Shown here piece after piece: positions 35,311-45,006 of a stretch of DNA of 64,000 nt. The stretch's first letter is position 1, and each line of letters opens with the position of its first letter. Origin of the DNA: a virus. Where the stretch lies: positions 1 through 64,000 of the IMG/VR virus record IMGVR_UViG_3300025117_000042; one strand, given 5' to 3'. Made by a program: the position numbers and the translations under genes. Below the pieces are notes generated by a model. That model worked only from the letters and a program-made list of their open reading frames with translations, ran no database searches and was not told the DNA's origin.

Positions 35311-35856
35311 ATGAAGATGGAATTTGTAAACGGTTGTTTCGGAAAACGTATCGTCTGTTCCGATGGTGTCGAGAGAATCTGTAACGTAGTTGCAGTAGTG
35401 ACTCATGCTGATGGTACAGAAGATGCTCATCTTGGTGCTAACATCGTAACCGATGCTGGTGACAGGTATTATGCAGAAAAAGCTTGTGGTCAGACCCCTA
35501 ATTCTGACTTTGCCGCTGGTGGAATGCGCCTGGGTACAGGTTCGACCTCTCCCGCTAAATCCGATACCGATGTAACCACGTTCGTTACTGGATCTGGCAA
35601 AGCTGTCGATGCCACTTACCCGAAAACTGCTGATGCTGACACAGATAATTCCGGTGCCGGTACTGATATCGTTACCTGGAGGGTATCTTACGCTACTTCG
35701 GAAGCAAACTCAGCTGGTATCAATGAAGGTGCTGTAGTTGATAATATTACAACTCCAACAGCAGCTCACTGTCACTGGCTGTTTGCAGCCCCTTTCACCA
35801 AAACCAGCACAGACACATTGAAAGTATTTGTCAATCATCAGTTCAATGGAGTCTAA
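35311..35856 (+). CDS. small beta-sandwich virion/fibre subunit
   Basis: NIVTDAG, MRLGTG, SYATSEAN...INE, FTKTSTDTLKVFVNH; ATG 35311 after AAGGAGG. Confidence 0.7.
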   Translation: MKMEFVNGCFGKRIVCSDGVERICNVVAVVTHADGTEDAHLGANIVTDAGDRYYAEKACGQTPNSDFAAGGMRLGTGSTSPAKSDTDVTTFVTGSGKAVDATYPKTADADTDNSGAGTDIVTWRVSYATSEANSAGINEGAVVDNITTPTAAHCHWLFAAPFTKTSTDTLKVFVNHQFNGV

Positions 35857-35859
35857 TAA

Positions 35860-36186
35860 ATGACTCGTACTGTACCACAAGATTCAGGGTGTACAGTAGA
35901 GATTGAATTTCTGGACAACAACGGGGGAGCTGTGATTCCGGTCACAGCTTCTTACCGTATTACAGATATCAACTCTGGTGTACGATTACAGACAGACACG
36001 GAAATATCCCCTCTAGCTGCTGTTGTAGCTATAGAGATAGCTCCTTCAGTGAATGCGTTACGTAACAGTCTAATAGAGTTTGAACCCAAAGCTCTGACTG
36101 TTACTTTTACGTTTGACGATGGACATATTAGATCAAGGACAGTTGAATATCAATATAACGTTGAACGACTTTATGGAAGAGTGTAA
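35860..36186 (+). CDS. Ig-like adaptor virion protein
   Basis: beta-rich 108 aa; FLDNNG.AVIP..ASYRI. Confidence 0.55.
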   Translation: MTRTVPQDSGCTVEIEFLDNNGGAVIPVTASYRITDINSGVRLQTDTEISPLAAVVAIEIAPSVNALRNSLIEFEPKALTVTFTFDDGHIRSRTVEYQYNVERLYGRV

Positions 36187-39122
36187 TGGCTATCAGGCTA
36201 ATACATACAAGCTGTAATATAGCTTCTTCTGGAGTAAATTCCTACGTTGTAGAGGGAAACAATTTCAGCCTAGACTTGCAGACATATATTTCACAGCCCC
36301 GCACAACACTTCGGAATACTACCGTTTCTGTGCCTATTACTTTTACATCTGCCAATACTTTCATGGGGATGTATATGTGCATAGCTAGAAGCGGTATTTT
36401 AACTGGTACGCTTAACATCACTCTAAACGTTAAAAAGAATGGAACAAGCCAAGGCACAAAGACTTTTGCCTTTACAGAAGTATGCGTTGATGCAATGAAC
36501 TTTTATTATTTCGACCTTGCAAGTCTTAACATCACTACCAGCTCAGCAGATACATGGACAGTGGAATTTTCTTATCCAGACAGCACCAACTATCCGCTTA
36601 TTTGTAGAGGTTCTGGTGGAGCGAGTGATTTCTTTTATGCAGTCTGTACAAACGCAGACACAAACAACCTTGCGAACGATGATTCTTTCTTTGTAAATCA
36701 AGGCGTGACCTTTACCCAAGAGGCTTCTTTTATCATGGCTACCAACGCTACTAAGCGAGGTATCTTTTTAGGTAGAGACGCTGAATTTATTGTAATTGAT
36801 ACAGGCACTCCAATTACGTTAACCGCCAACTCTCGAATTGTGATGCTCAACGCCAAAGTAAAGATTGGAACATCAGAAAGTCCTATTTCTGTAGCTGGAA
36901 AGTTCACCTGGGATGCTTCAAGCATGACCGCAGGCTATCAGCTTATCGAAGGTACTTCGTATTCCAACGGAGTACTTACTAGGTGTGAAATCGAATTCTA
37001 TGGGGCTAAATATCTTAAATCACGTATCAGACTGACCGCAGACACCTTAGTCGGAGCAAACGTCTTTAATGTGGATACTGACGTAACAAATGATTGGAAT
37101 GCTGGCGATACGATTTTCGTTTATGGCAAAGACCAAAACGATGTAGAAACGCAGACTTTCATTATAGATTCACTGACTGCAACGCAAATCACAACTACAA
37201 CCAATGTAGTTACTAACAAATATCTTTCAGGTGGAGCAGTTGTCAATGCTTCTAAATACGAGTCATTTGGAGTTGTTCTAAAGGGCACAGGAGGTGGATT
37301 GCTTTCTGGTAAAGCTGACGGTGTCTATGCAAATGCCAATGAAGCAGCGATACACAAGCTTATATTATCGGGCGTGGGAATGCTAAATGTTGCAATGCAT
37401 CATCGTTCAGATTCTACTACTGGTGCAGTGTTTTCCACAGACAGCGTGATAGTGCGCAATATGCTTGCTAGTTACTATTCTTTTCCACAAATAGTTGTTA
37501 CGGGAACTCAACGGGGTTCTCATATGGTAGATACACATTTTGCATACAATATTAACGTTAATACCGAGTCTACCATTACCCTGCCAGCAATTACGATAAA
37601 TAAGCTGACTATGAAAAATACTTACACAGCTCTTTATATTAATTCCAACAATGCTGTTATTAATGACATTGTAGCCAGCCATGCTTATACTAGTGGCACA
37701 ACATTAAGCTATGGTGTTCTCAAGCTGTCTGGAGCTAAAGTTACGCTTTCTAACACATGGCTTAATGGTTCTAATGGGTCACTTGTTTTAGTTGGAGCAG
37801 TTAATTTTGTTGCTTCTAATGTCGTGAGTAACGGAGGAAACGGCTACAGCGTGGGAGGTGCTTCCACTACTTGTATTGCAACTTTTAATAACTGCGATTT
37901 TGGGAAACAAAAAGCTCCATTGCAAGGTTGTGTGGTTTTTAACACTGACTCTTTTCATCAATTTACTTTTAACAACTGTTATTTTAACCATGCCAATGTA
38001 GCTAATAATATAGAAAACACTTATGATGGCTCATTTGTTCGTTCTACTACACATAACAATACTGCTAATGATTATAGGTCATGGTATAAGTACGGTAATT
38101 TTATATCTACGATAGACACTATCGAAGCTAAAAATAATAATACCACAGATACTTTGACAAATACTTACAACTTATCTAGTGGTAATATAGCCACTATTCC
38201 TGTATTAATAACAGTAAATTGTCAACTTCCAGATTCAAGTTACACTGCTGTATTAGATGTTGAATATGACGGTGGAACTGTTATATCAGATAGCGGTTCT
38301 GCGACAACTAACCTACAAGAACTTTCTGTAGCATTCACACCCACGTTAAGTTATAGACAGCTGGTAGTTAATTTGAAACAGCAGTCTGACTCAGTTTTAG
38401 ACATAGATTGGTCAAATCTAACCATAACCATGCGTCCTTATGGTTATCAAGAGACTTATATATTAAAAGAGCTAGTTAGAACTACAGACGATGTTATAGC
38501 AGATATAATAAAAAATTCAATCGACTTGTTTATATCAGAAGCAGATATGGCAGTAGTCTCTGCTTATACAGGTATAACAATAAACCATAGCACTGAAACA
38601 ATTTTAATAAGTTCAAATCATACCATATATGATATTTATGATTATTGTCAGTATGATTTAGGTCAAAATCTCAGCAAAACAAAATTTTTCAGTACTATTG
38701 ATGCTATTACATATTCATCAACTTATAATATAACAGTAGATAATGCGGTTTTAACAGCTACAGGAAAAACGCTTTCTTTACCTACCAAAACCTTCACTAC
38801 GTTGAACGGGGGATCTACTACAGCTAAAGTGATAGATATAAATGGTGCCTTGGTTCCAGTTACTTTAACCAATGTAGCTGTAGGCTCACAGGTATATATC
38901 GCTAAACAGTCAGATGGAACGGTTATATTATCACAGTCAGCTGCTTCATCTACTATAAGTATCAACTTCTTACATCCAGGCGGTGAGGATATTGCTATTA
39001 CAATTCGTGTAAGAAAAGGAACATCGTCTACCAAGTATCTTCCTTATGAAGCTACTGGATACATATCAGCTACGACAGGTTTCAGTTTAGCTATAAGTCA
39101 AATAATAGATAACATAGCATAA
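36186..39122 (+). CDS. large beta-rich virion protein with beta-helix region
   Basis: N/T/S-rich beta strands; DWNAGD; C-terminal RVRKG...LPYE.TG domain shared with next gene. Confidence 0.65.
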   Translation: MAIRLIHTSCNIASSGVNSYVVEGNNFSLDLQTYISQPRTTLRNTTVSVPITFTSANTFMGMYMCIARSGILTGTLNITLNVKKNGTSQGTKTFAFTEVCVDAMNFYYFDLASLNITTSSADTWTVEFSYPDSTNYPLICRGSGGASDFFYAVCTNADTNNLANDDSFFVNQGVTFTQEASFIMATNATKRGIFLGRDAEFIVIDTGTPITLTANSRIVMLNAKVKIGTSESPISVAGKFTWDASSMTAGYQLIEGTSYSNGVLTRCEIEFYGAKYLKSRIRLTADTLVGANVFNVDTDVTNDWNAGDTIFVYGKDQNDVETQTFIIDSLTATQITTTTNVVTNKYLSGGAVVNASKYESFGVVLKGTGGGLLSGKADGVYANANEAAIHKLILSGVGMLNVAMHHRSDSTTGAVFSTDSVIVRNMLASYYSFPQIVVTGTQRGSHMVDTHFAYNINVNTESTITLPAITINKLTMKNTYTALYINSNNAVINDIVASHAYTSGTTLSYGVLKLSGAKVTLSNTWLNGSNGSLVLVGAVNFVASNVVSNGGNGYSVGGASTTCIATFNNCDFGKQKAPLQGCVVFNTDSFHQFTFNNCYFNHANVANNIENTYDGSFVRSTTHNNTANDYRSWYKYGNFISTIDTIEAKNNNTTDTLTNTYNLSSGNIATIPVLITVNCQLPDSSYTAVLDVEYDGGTVISDSGSATTNLQELSVAFTPTLSYRQLVVNLKQQSDSVLDIDWSNLTITMRPYGYQETYILKELVRTTDDVIADIIKNSIDLFISEADMAVVSAYTGITINHSTETILISSNHTIYDIYDYCQYDLGQNLSKTKFFSTIDAITYSSTYNITVDNAVLTATGKTLSLPTKTFTTLNGGSTTAKVIDINGALVPVTLTNVAVGSQVYIAKQSDGTVILSQSAASSTISINFLHPGGEDIAITIRVRKGTSSTKYLPYEATGYISATTGFSLAISQIIDNIA

Positions 39123-39134
39123 AGGAGAGGTATC

Positions 39135-40520
39135 ATGGCAATTCAAGACGATTTCTCACTGAATTACACTACCAAGAAAATAAGTCATTCGGCTGGCACT
39201 ACACGATATACAGTCAATGCTTTCTACTCCTGGCTTATGGATCTATTTGATGACGCAACACAGATGGATGACACTGTTCCTATAAAAGCAAACACTCCTA
39301 CAGAGTATGAGCTTATCAACGGGTGGACATTTAATGCTGATACTGATCTAGGTTATTTGTATCAAGGTTCTATTAAAGTAAATGAGACTGACGATCTTTG
39401 GGCTAACTTCTATACCTTGGGTACTATAGAAGCTGATGCTGTTGTGTACTGGTATCAGAATGGCAGTCTTGTAGCAGCTGCTCCTAACTATACATCTGGT
39501 CATATAGATCAGCTGATAAAGGTAAGAGCAACCGGTACTGATATAGACACTAGAAACTTAACAGCTTTTATTAGGAACAATGCAGCAGGTAATGCTGACT
39601 TGTACGATCATTTTAAACTACAAGCTCCTACTACAGGTGGTCGTAACCCTGTGCCTTTGGCTACTTCTCCAGATACCAACGATGCAGGAGATGGTGGTTC
39701 TGTTGCCGGTGTCACAGTAGCTTTCGGAGCTGCACAGGCTGATATTGACGGTGATGGTAGCAATGAGAATTACGATGTAACTATCGACGGTAACAGTAAT
39801 ACCTGTGCTGATGTGTACAAGTATCTTAAATATATTACAAGAAGAGAAAATACTAGTGCAGTAGGTACAGGAACTACGACCGAAGGTAGATTTTACCTTG
39901 CTGCTGATGGTGCTTACGCTGAAGTTAAAGCTGCTCCTTTCGGGACATTTGCTGGCGGAAAATTCTTTGGTGCCAGGGGTATTTTGGTAACAAATGTTAG
40001 TGATCCAAATAACAGAGTTCTAATAGATGCAAGTAACACCACTCGTACTCCTCCGGTGCAGATGACAGTAACTGTATCTGCTGTACAATCTGGCGACAGG
40101 GTTCTAGTAGCTCGTTCTTCGGCTGGAACTATAAATAAATCACAGTTTACAATAGCTTCGCGTACAACTACTACTGTCACAGTAAATGAGGTAGTGGGAT
40201 CTGATATTTCAACAACTGGAGTGCTACGTGTAGGTGATGATCGTTATACTTATTCTGGTTTGAACAGAGGCACCAAAACATTTTCTGGAATGACAGCTGT
40301 TTCTGAGTATGCCGGAGGTACTGCCTGTTATGTACCTCTAATAGATGACGTAGCTTCAGGAACTTCGATATCTAGTTCAGCTATAACGTATGTTTCTGAC
40401 TTTGATGTAATAGCTAGGGTCAGAAAAAAATCAATACTTCCATTCGAGAACACTGGAACAGTAACTTCCGCAGGTTTGACTGTTGCTGCTATTAGAACAG
40501 CTGATACTATCGTACAGTAA
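39135..40520 (+). CDS. virion structural protein
   Basis: YSWLMDLFDD..QMDD, GGRNPVPLAT..D; C-terminal RVRK...PFE.TGT. Confidence 0.7.
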   Translation: MAIQDDFSLNYTTKKISHSAGTTRYTVNAFYSWLMDLFDDATQMDDTVPIKANTPTEYELINGWTFNADTDLGYLYQGSIKVNETDDLWANFYTLGTIEADAVVYWYQNGSLVAAAPNYTSGHIDQLIKVRATGTDIDTRNLTAFIRNNAAGNADLYDHFKLQAPTTGGRNPVPLATSPDTNDAGDGGSVAGVTVAFGAAQADIDGDGSNENYDVTIDGNSNTCADVYKYLKYITRRENTSAVGTGTTTEGRFYLAADGAYAEVKAAPFGTFAGGKFFGARGILVTNVSDPNNRVLIDASNTTRTPPVQMTVTVSAVQSGDRVLVARSSAGTINKSQFTIASRTTTTVTVNEVVGSDISTTGVLRVGDDRYTYSGLNRGTKTFSGMTAVSEYAGGTACYVPLIDDVASGTSISSSAITYVSDFDVIARVRKKSILPFENTGTVTSAGLTVAAIRTADTIVQ

Positions 40521-40531
40521 GGGGTTATGTA

Positions 40532-41122
40532 ATGGCTTTTGTGTACGATTTCGTACAAAAGTACATATACGTACCTGTTGATTCTGTTGATGTTGATGTT
40601 CAGACACTCTTGAATGATATCAGAACAACAGAGTCCTCAGAGGTAGGTATATTATACCCTCCGATAGCTTCTGCCTCCGGTAAAGAAAATTTAGGTGGGG
40701 GGGTTGCTATCGGAATTACCTTAAACCTATTAGGCTGGCAACTTAAGTTCCCTGATGCTCCTATAGGCGGATATACCGCTAAAATTTACGGGGGCAATCT
40801 AGTAGGTGGGGTAGATGGTGACACTGTAGCTTATTCGGATGGTGTACAGATTATGGTAATACAATCTGCTGCATCTACCATAGTTACACAGAATACAGGA
40901 TCAGGTTTGTCAGAAGAGCAAGATCAGCTGTTACGTAGTGCTGTAACTCAATCTACAGCAGCTTCTATACAAGCTACTCTCAGCAGAAAGATGCAGACTA
41001 ATAAAGCTGTTATCTCAGGTGATGGTTTATCTGTTATCATATATGAAGATGATGGTGTTACTCCTTTATGGCTATTCGATGTGAGTTCTAATAAACTTAC
41101 TAGGATAGGTAGACAACCATAA
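40532..41122 (+). CDS. virion structural protein
   Basis: N-terminal domain related to 39135; YEDDGVTPL C-terminus. Confidence 0.65.
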   Translation: MAFVYDFVQKYIYVPVDSVDVDVQTLLNDIRTTESSEVGILYPPIASASGKENLGGGVAIGITLNLLGWQLKFPDAPIGGYTAKIYGGNLVGGVDGDTVAYSDGVQIMVIQSAASTIVTQNTGSGLSEEQDQLLRSAVTQSTAASIQATLSRKMQTNKAVISGDGLSVIIYEDDGVTPLWLFDVSSNKLTRIGRQP

Positions 41123-41123
41123 C

Positions 41124-41306
41124 ATGCATAAAAAAGAATTGGATAAAAACAGGAAAGTATACAGTTCAGATTCCTCAGCAGAATCATTTGATTATAGGTT
41201 GTATGGAGAGGGTTCTGAAAGGCAGACTGTTACTATTTTGGATATGATAGTTAGAAATCTCACCCTGAAAATTATATCTAATATGCTACTTGGAAAGAAG
41301 AAATGA
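41124..41306 (+). CDS. hypothetical protein
   Basis: fills gap in structural operon. Confidence 0.4.
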   Translation: MHKKELDKNRKVYSSDSSAESFDYRLYGEGSERQTVTILDMIVRNLTLKIISNMLLGKKK

Positions 41307-41500
41307 GTATTTACCCTGATTGGCTTTATCAAATAACAAACAACGAGTTTTCAAACACACCTACTGTGGTTGATTTTAATCTAGTTCCTATAACTAGATC
41401 TTTTAATATAGATATACAGGAACGTAGTTTTGATTACAGTATATCTCAGTATACTTTTGATTATATTATATTAGACAGAGAGTTTGAGGTGAATGTATGA
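41303..41500 (+). CDS. hypothetical protein with short R[SE]F repeats
   Basis: RSFNIDIQE RSFDYSISQ YTFDYIILD REFEV. Confidence 0.5.
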   Translation: MSIYPDWLYQITNNEFSNTPTVVDFNLVPITRSFNIDIQERSFDYSISQYTFDYIILDREFEVNV

Positions 41501-41820
41501 TTAAGCTAAAGCAAGGAAGCAGTTTAGGCATGGACATAACATCTCCTCAAGCTCCAGATCTTACAGGGGATTGGGCCGGTAAATGGGCTATAGTTAAAGT
41601 ACTAGGGGTGCATACTGTAGATAATACAGTAGCTTCCGGTAATTTAACCAAATCAAATGATAATACAAAATTTGAACTTCGCGTACCTCCAACAGCTACA
41701 GAAGATGTGCCAGTTGGAAAGTACTTTCTAATAGTTCAATGTGAAAGTGCTTCCTTGTCATTCAAAGATGAACCTATACAAGAAGTTCTGGATTTACTGC
41801 CGCAAGGGATAAAGGGGTAA
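41497..41820 (+). CDS. Ig/BppU-like adaptor protein
   Basis: LKQG...DLTG...T..VPVGKY. Confidence 0.55.
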   Translation: MIKLKQGSSLGMDITSPQAPDLTGDWAGKWAIVKVLGVHTVDNTVASGNLTKSNDNTKFELRVPPTATEDVPVGKYFLIVQCESASLSFKDEPIQEVLDLLPQGIKG

Positions 41821-41824
41821 TAGT

Positions 41825-43033
41825 ATGAATTTAGTACAGCTTGTATCCTTTGATACTCTACCTTATGCAAAGTTCACTCTGACAAGAGATATAGCTGCCG
41901 GGGCTACTGACATTTATTTGACTGCTACTGAGGGTTTATCTAAAGGGAGTTTTCTAATAGTAGGTTCTATCAATAGTCCTACAGCTCAGTTAGTAGAGAT
42001 AGATTCAATAACAAACTCTACAACTGTTAAACTTGTTGCTGCCTTGAGATATGCACATCTAATAGATGATCCAGTTACTTTAACTCTTTTCGATCAGTTT
42101 AACATCTATTTCGGTACTACCGCTGACTTTAATAGCCATACCCTTCTGGACACTATTGATATTATGGTATCCAGAAATATCACGACTTACGTGGATGAGG
42201 ACACTTCCCATACACCTTCTACCTTTTACAGCTATTCGTACTATAATTCAGATACCGGGATTGAGAGCAACCGTATTCCGGTCATCTCCTCTGGCCTGGA
42301 TATTGACATTACTCCTCAATACCTCCGTGAGAACTATCTGTATGGGTTGGATCTTACGGAAGATAACGGAAACCCTCTCCCTGAAGGCGTGTATTGGGAA
42401 GGCATTAAAGCTGGTATAGATTGGCTTGAGCAAGTTTTGAACATTGATATTATATCTCGTACTCATACTGATGAGATGAGTGACTTTAATAGACAAGAGT
42501 ACTTGCAATGGGTATTCCTTAAAGCCAAACACTTCCCGATCAGAGAAGTTCTGTCAGTAAAAGGCTCTTATTACGGTAATGAAATTACTTTCCCGCTAGA
42601 TTGGGTAAGGCTAAAAGAACGAGCTGGTATTATAAATCTTGTTCCTGGGGCTTCTACGTTCTCTAGCTTCCTTATTCCGGCAAGCGGGGGCATTCTTCCC
42701 ATATTAAACAATCAAGTATCGTACATACCAGGATTCTGGAGAATTTCTTACACATCAGGATTTGCCAGAGGGACAATTCCTTACAACCTCAAGGCTTTGA
42801 TCTGTAAAAAAGCTGCATTCATGCCTCTGAACATCCTGGGCGACTTGGTTGGTGGTGTTGCTATTGCCAGTAAGAGCATTGGTATAGACGGCTTGAGTCA
42901 GTCTATTAACACTACAAACAGTGCTGAGAACGCTGGTTATAGTGCAAGGCTTAGAATGTACCTGAAAGAGATAGATCAGGAGCTTCCACAGGTTCAGAAA
43001 TTCTGGCGACCTATTAATTTTGTATGTGTTTGA
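41825..43033 (+). CDS. head-tail adaptor (neck) protein with N-terminal extension
   Basis: YLYGLDL..DNG, P..W.ISYTSGF, GIDGLSQSI.TT.SA...GY.AR. Confidence 0.85.
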   Translation: MNLVQLVSFDTLPYAKFTLTRDIAAGATDIYLTATEGLSKGSFLIVGSINSPTAQLVEIDSITNSTTVKLVAALRYAHLIDDPVTLTLFDQFNIYFGTTADFNSHTLLDTIDIMVSRNITTYVDEDTSHTPSTFYSYSYYNSDTGIESNRIPVISSGLDIDITPQYLRENYLYGLDLTEDNGNPLPEGVYWEGIKAGIDWLEQVLNIDIISRTHTDEMSDFNRQEYLQWVFLKAKHFPIREVLSVKGSYYGNEITFPLDWVRLKERAGIINLVPGASTFSSFLIPASGGILPILNNQVSYIPGFWRISYTSGFARGTIPYNLKALICKKAAFMPLNILGDLVGGVAIASKSIGIDGLSQSINTTNSAENAGYSARLRMYLKEIDQELPQVQKFWRPINFVCV

Positions 43034-43041
43034 GGTGACAA

Positions 43042-43704
43042 ATGGGTAAGGCAAGCCAACGAGTTGATTTCGTTGTTGAAGAGTTTGATAAAACAATAAA
43101 AGAAAAAGGCTATCATCTATTACATGAAAAAGCTTATCGGTGTCCTTGTGTCAATGACTCCGGTGAGCTTCAGATAACCTGTCCTCACTGTCATGGCAAA
43201 GGTATACGCTACGTGGGAGATGCCGCACGTATAGAGGGTATCCTTACCAGCATGAGCAAGGATTGGATGTTCGATGAGTACGGAGTATCATCTACAGGGA
43301 CTGTCTATGTAACGACACATGCAAAGTATAAGCTTGGTTTTGCTGACAGACTTACTCTATTAGACGGTAAAATAGTGTTTTCTGAAGTAATCGAAAATCT
43401 CAATACAATTCCGGTACTTAAGTATCCTATAATTGACGTTGACTCTATTGTGAGTTTTAATAAAGTTTATGTGGAAAATACTGATTACTCTTTGGCTAAT
43501 GGAGTTATCACTTGGCTTAAGCCTGTACATGAGGCTTACAGCATTCGTTATATTACATATCCTACTTTTATTATTCTTAATTTCCCGAACGTTGTCAGAG
43601 GTACACAGGCTAAAGTAAAACAGCCGGTCATTCGGTATGTAGATCTGCCAGTACGAGCCTTAGCTAAGCTGGAGTTCAAAGTAAAGGTAGCTGAGTTACA
43701 ATAA
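43042..43704 (+). CDS. neck/head-closure protein
   Basis: EKAYRCPC...CPHCHGKG, DRLTL; position. Confidence 0.75.
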   Translation: MGKASQRVDFVVEEFDKTIKEKGYHLLHEKAYRCPCVNDSGELQITCPHCHGKGIRYVGDAARIEGILTSMSKDWMFDEYGVSSTGTVYVTTHAKYKLGFADRLTLLDGKIVFSEVIENLNTIPVLKYPIIDVDSIVSFNKVYVENTDYSLANGVITWLKPVHEAYSIRYITYPTFIILNFPNVVRGTQAKVKQPVIRYVDLPVRALAKLEFKVKVAELQ

Positions 43705-44147
43705 TGGAATTTTCAATAGAAGTAACAGATGCTAAGGCAGTATCACTGAAGAAGCTCCAACAAGCTGCCGAGGAAGTGCGTAAGAAAATGATGCAGCTTG
43801 CATACCAGAACCTGTCGCCTGAGACTGCTGCGATCTACACGATGGCATTGACTCCGGTTAGGCTTATAGGCACTGAAGCTGTCTTTGAGCTAGAAGGCTG
43901 GCTGGCAAAGTCATTGGAAGAAGGAGTTGATCCGTTCGACATGAAACCAGGAATGCTTAGAAGCCATAAAGCTCAAGTATCCAAAACAGGATCTACATTT
44001 CTGCGTGTTCCGATCAGAGACAAAGAGGAAGGAAAACTTTCTATTAGAACAGTCAGTTCCAGGTCTAAGCCGGGAAGCTGGATACATCCAGGGTTGACCG
44101 GTAGACACTTTTGGGAACAAGCTAAAATTGAATGGAGTAAAAAGTAA
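43704..44147 (+). CDS. neck/tail completion protein
   Basis: EEG..PFDMK, RTVS..S..GSWIHPG. Confidence 0.65.
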   Translation: MEFSIEVTDAKAVSLKKLQQAAEEVRKKMMQLAYQNLSPETAAIYTMALTPVRLIGTEAVFELEGWLAKSLEEGVDPFDMKPGMLRSHKAQVSKTGSTFLRVPIRDKEEGKLSIRTVSSRSKPGSWIHPGLTGRHFWEQAKIEWSKK

Positions 44148-44765
44148 ATGGGCATTATATTAGTAAACCGATTCGTTCAGTCATTACTGAGCACGTGCAT
44201 GGAAAACTTGATAAACGATACAGCTTCCATAATTCCTGAGATATATTCTCCTGACATGTACAAACCAACAGAAGTAAGTCAGCTTGTAGAGTATTACGGA
44301 GGTAACAGGGTAAAAGTGAAAGGAGGCTATCCTTCTGAGGAAGTATCATCACCTTCTGTCTATGTTGCAACCGGCAATGCAAATCTAATAGAAGAGATGA
44401 TAGGGTTTGCTGAACGATATGATATAGTTGCTAGTGAGACTGTCGGCACTATGGAAGGCAAAGTCTATAATAAATCATGTCGTGTAGTAGTGGCATCTGA
44501 GAACCATACTGTCAGTGATACTCTGTCCGGTATATGTGAATATTTCCTTCACCAAAACGAGGAAACATTCACTAGGTATGGAATGACCAATCTACACTGT
44601 TCCTTTCAGGAAGTTGATCTATTATCAAGGCTATTTCCTCAAGGGTTCTTCTATAGAACATTTATCGTTACTTTTGACGTTGTAGATACTATGATAGTAA
44701 GTAAAGATCGTTTGATAAAAACAATAGATATAGGTACTATCACGTTCAATTTAGAAGGAGAATAG
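44148..44765 (+). CDS. putative tail terminator
   Basis: position upstream of sheath; GYP motif; ~200 aa. Confidence 0.55.
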   Translation: MGIILVNRFVQSLLSTCMENLINDTASIIPEIYSPDMYKPTEVSQLVEYYGGNRVKVKGGYPSEEVSSPSVYVATGNANLIEEMIGFAERYDIVASETVGTMEGKVYNKSCRVVVASENHTVSDTLSGICEYFLHQNEETFTRYGMTNLHCSFQEVDLLSRLFPQGFFYRTFIVTFDVVDTMIVSKDRLIKTIDIGTITFNLEGE

Positions 44766-44766
44766 A

Positions 44767-45003
44767 ATGAAGGAAAAAGAAGAAAGGAAAGAACTGCCTG
44801 TGTACGCCGAACCTGTTGTGGAAGAGCCTGTGAAGGTTGTCGGTGAGGTTATTCACGTATCTCACTCTGACTTCGTATCCACACTCAAAGACACTGATTA
44901 TCTTATAGGTATGGCTATGAGACAGGAGTTCCAACGTAAACGGTTATCAATGGAAGAGTGGCACATAGAACTACGCAAATTTGGGAAAAGGGAGGTAAAA
45001 TAA
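44767..45003 (+). CDS. hypothetical protein before sheath
   Basis: AAGGAG RBS. Confidence 0.55.
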   Translation: MKEKEERKELPVYAEPVVEEPVKVVGEVIHVSHSDFVSTLKDTDYLIGMAMRQEFQRKRLSMEEWHIELRKFGKREVK

Positions 45004-45006
45004 CAA

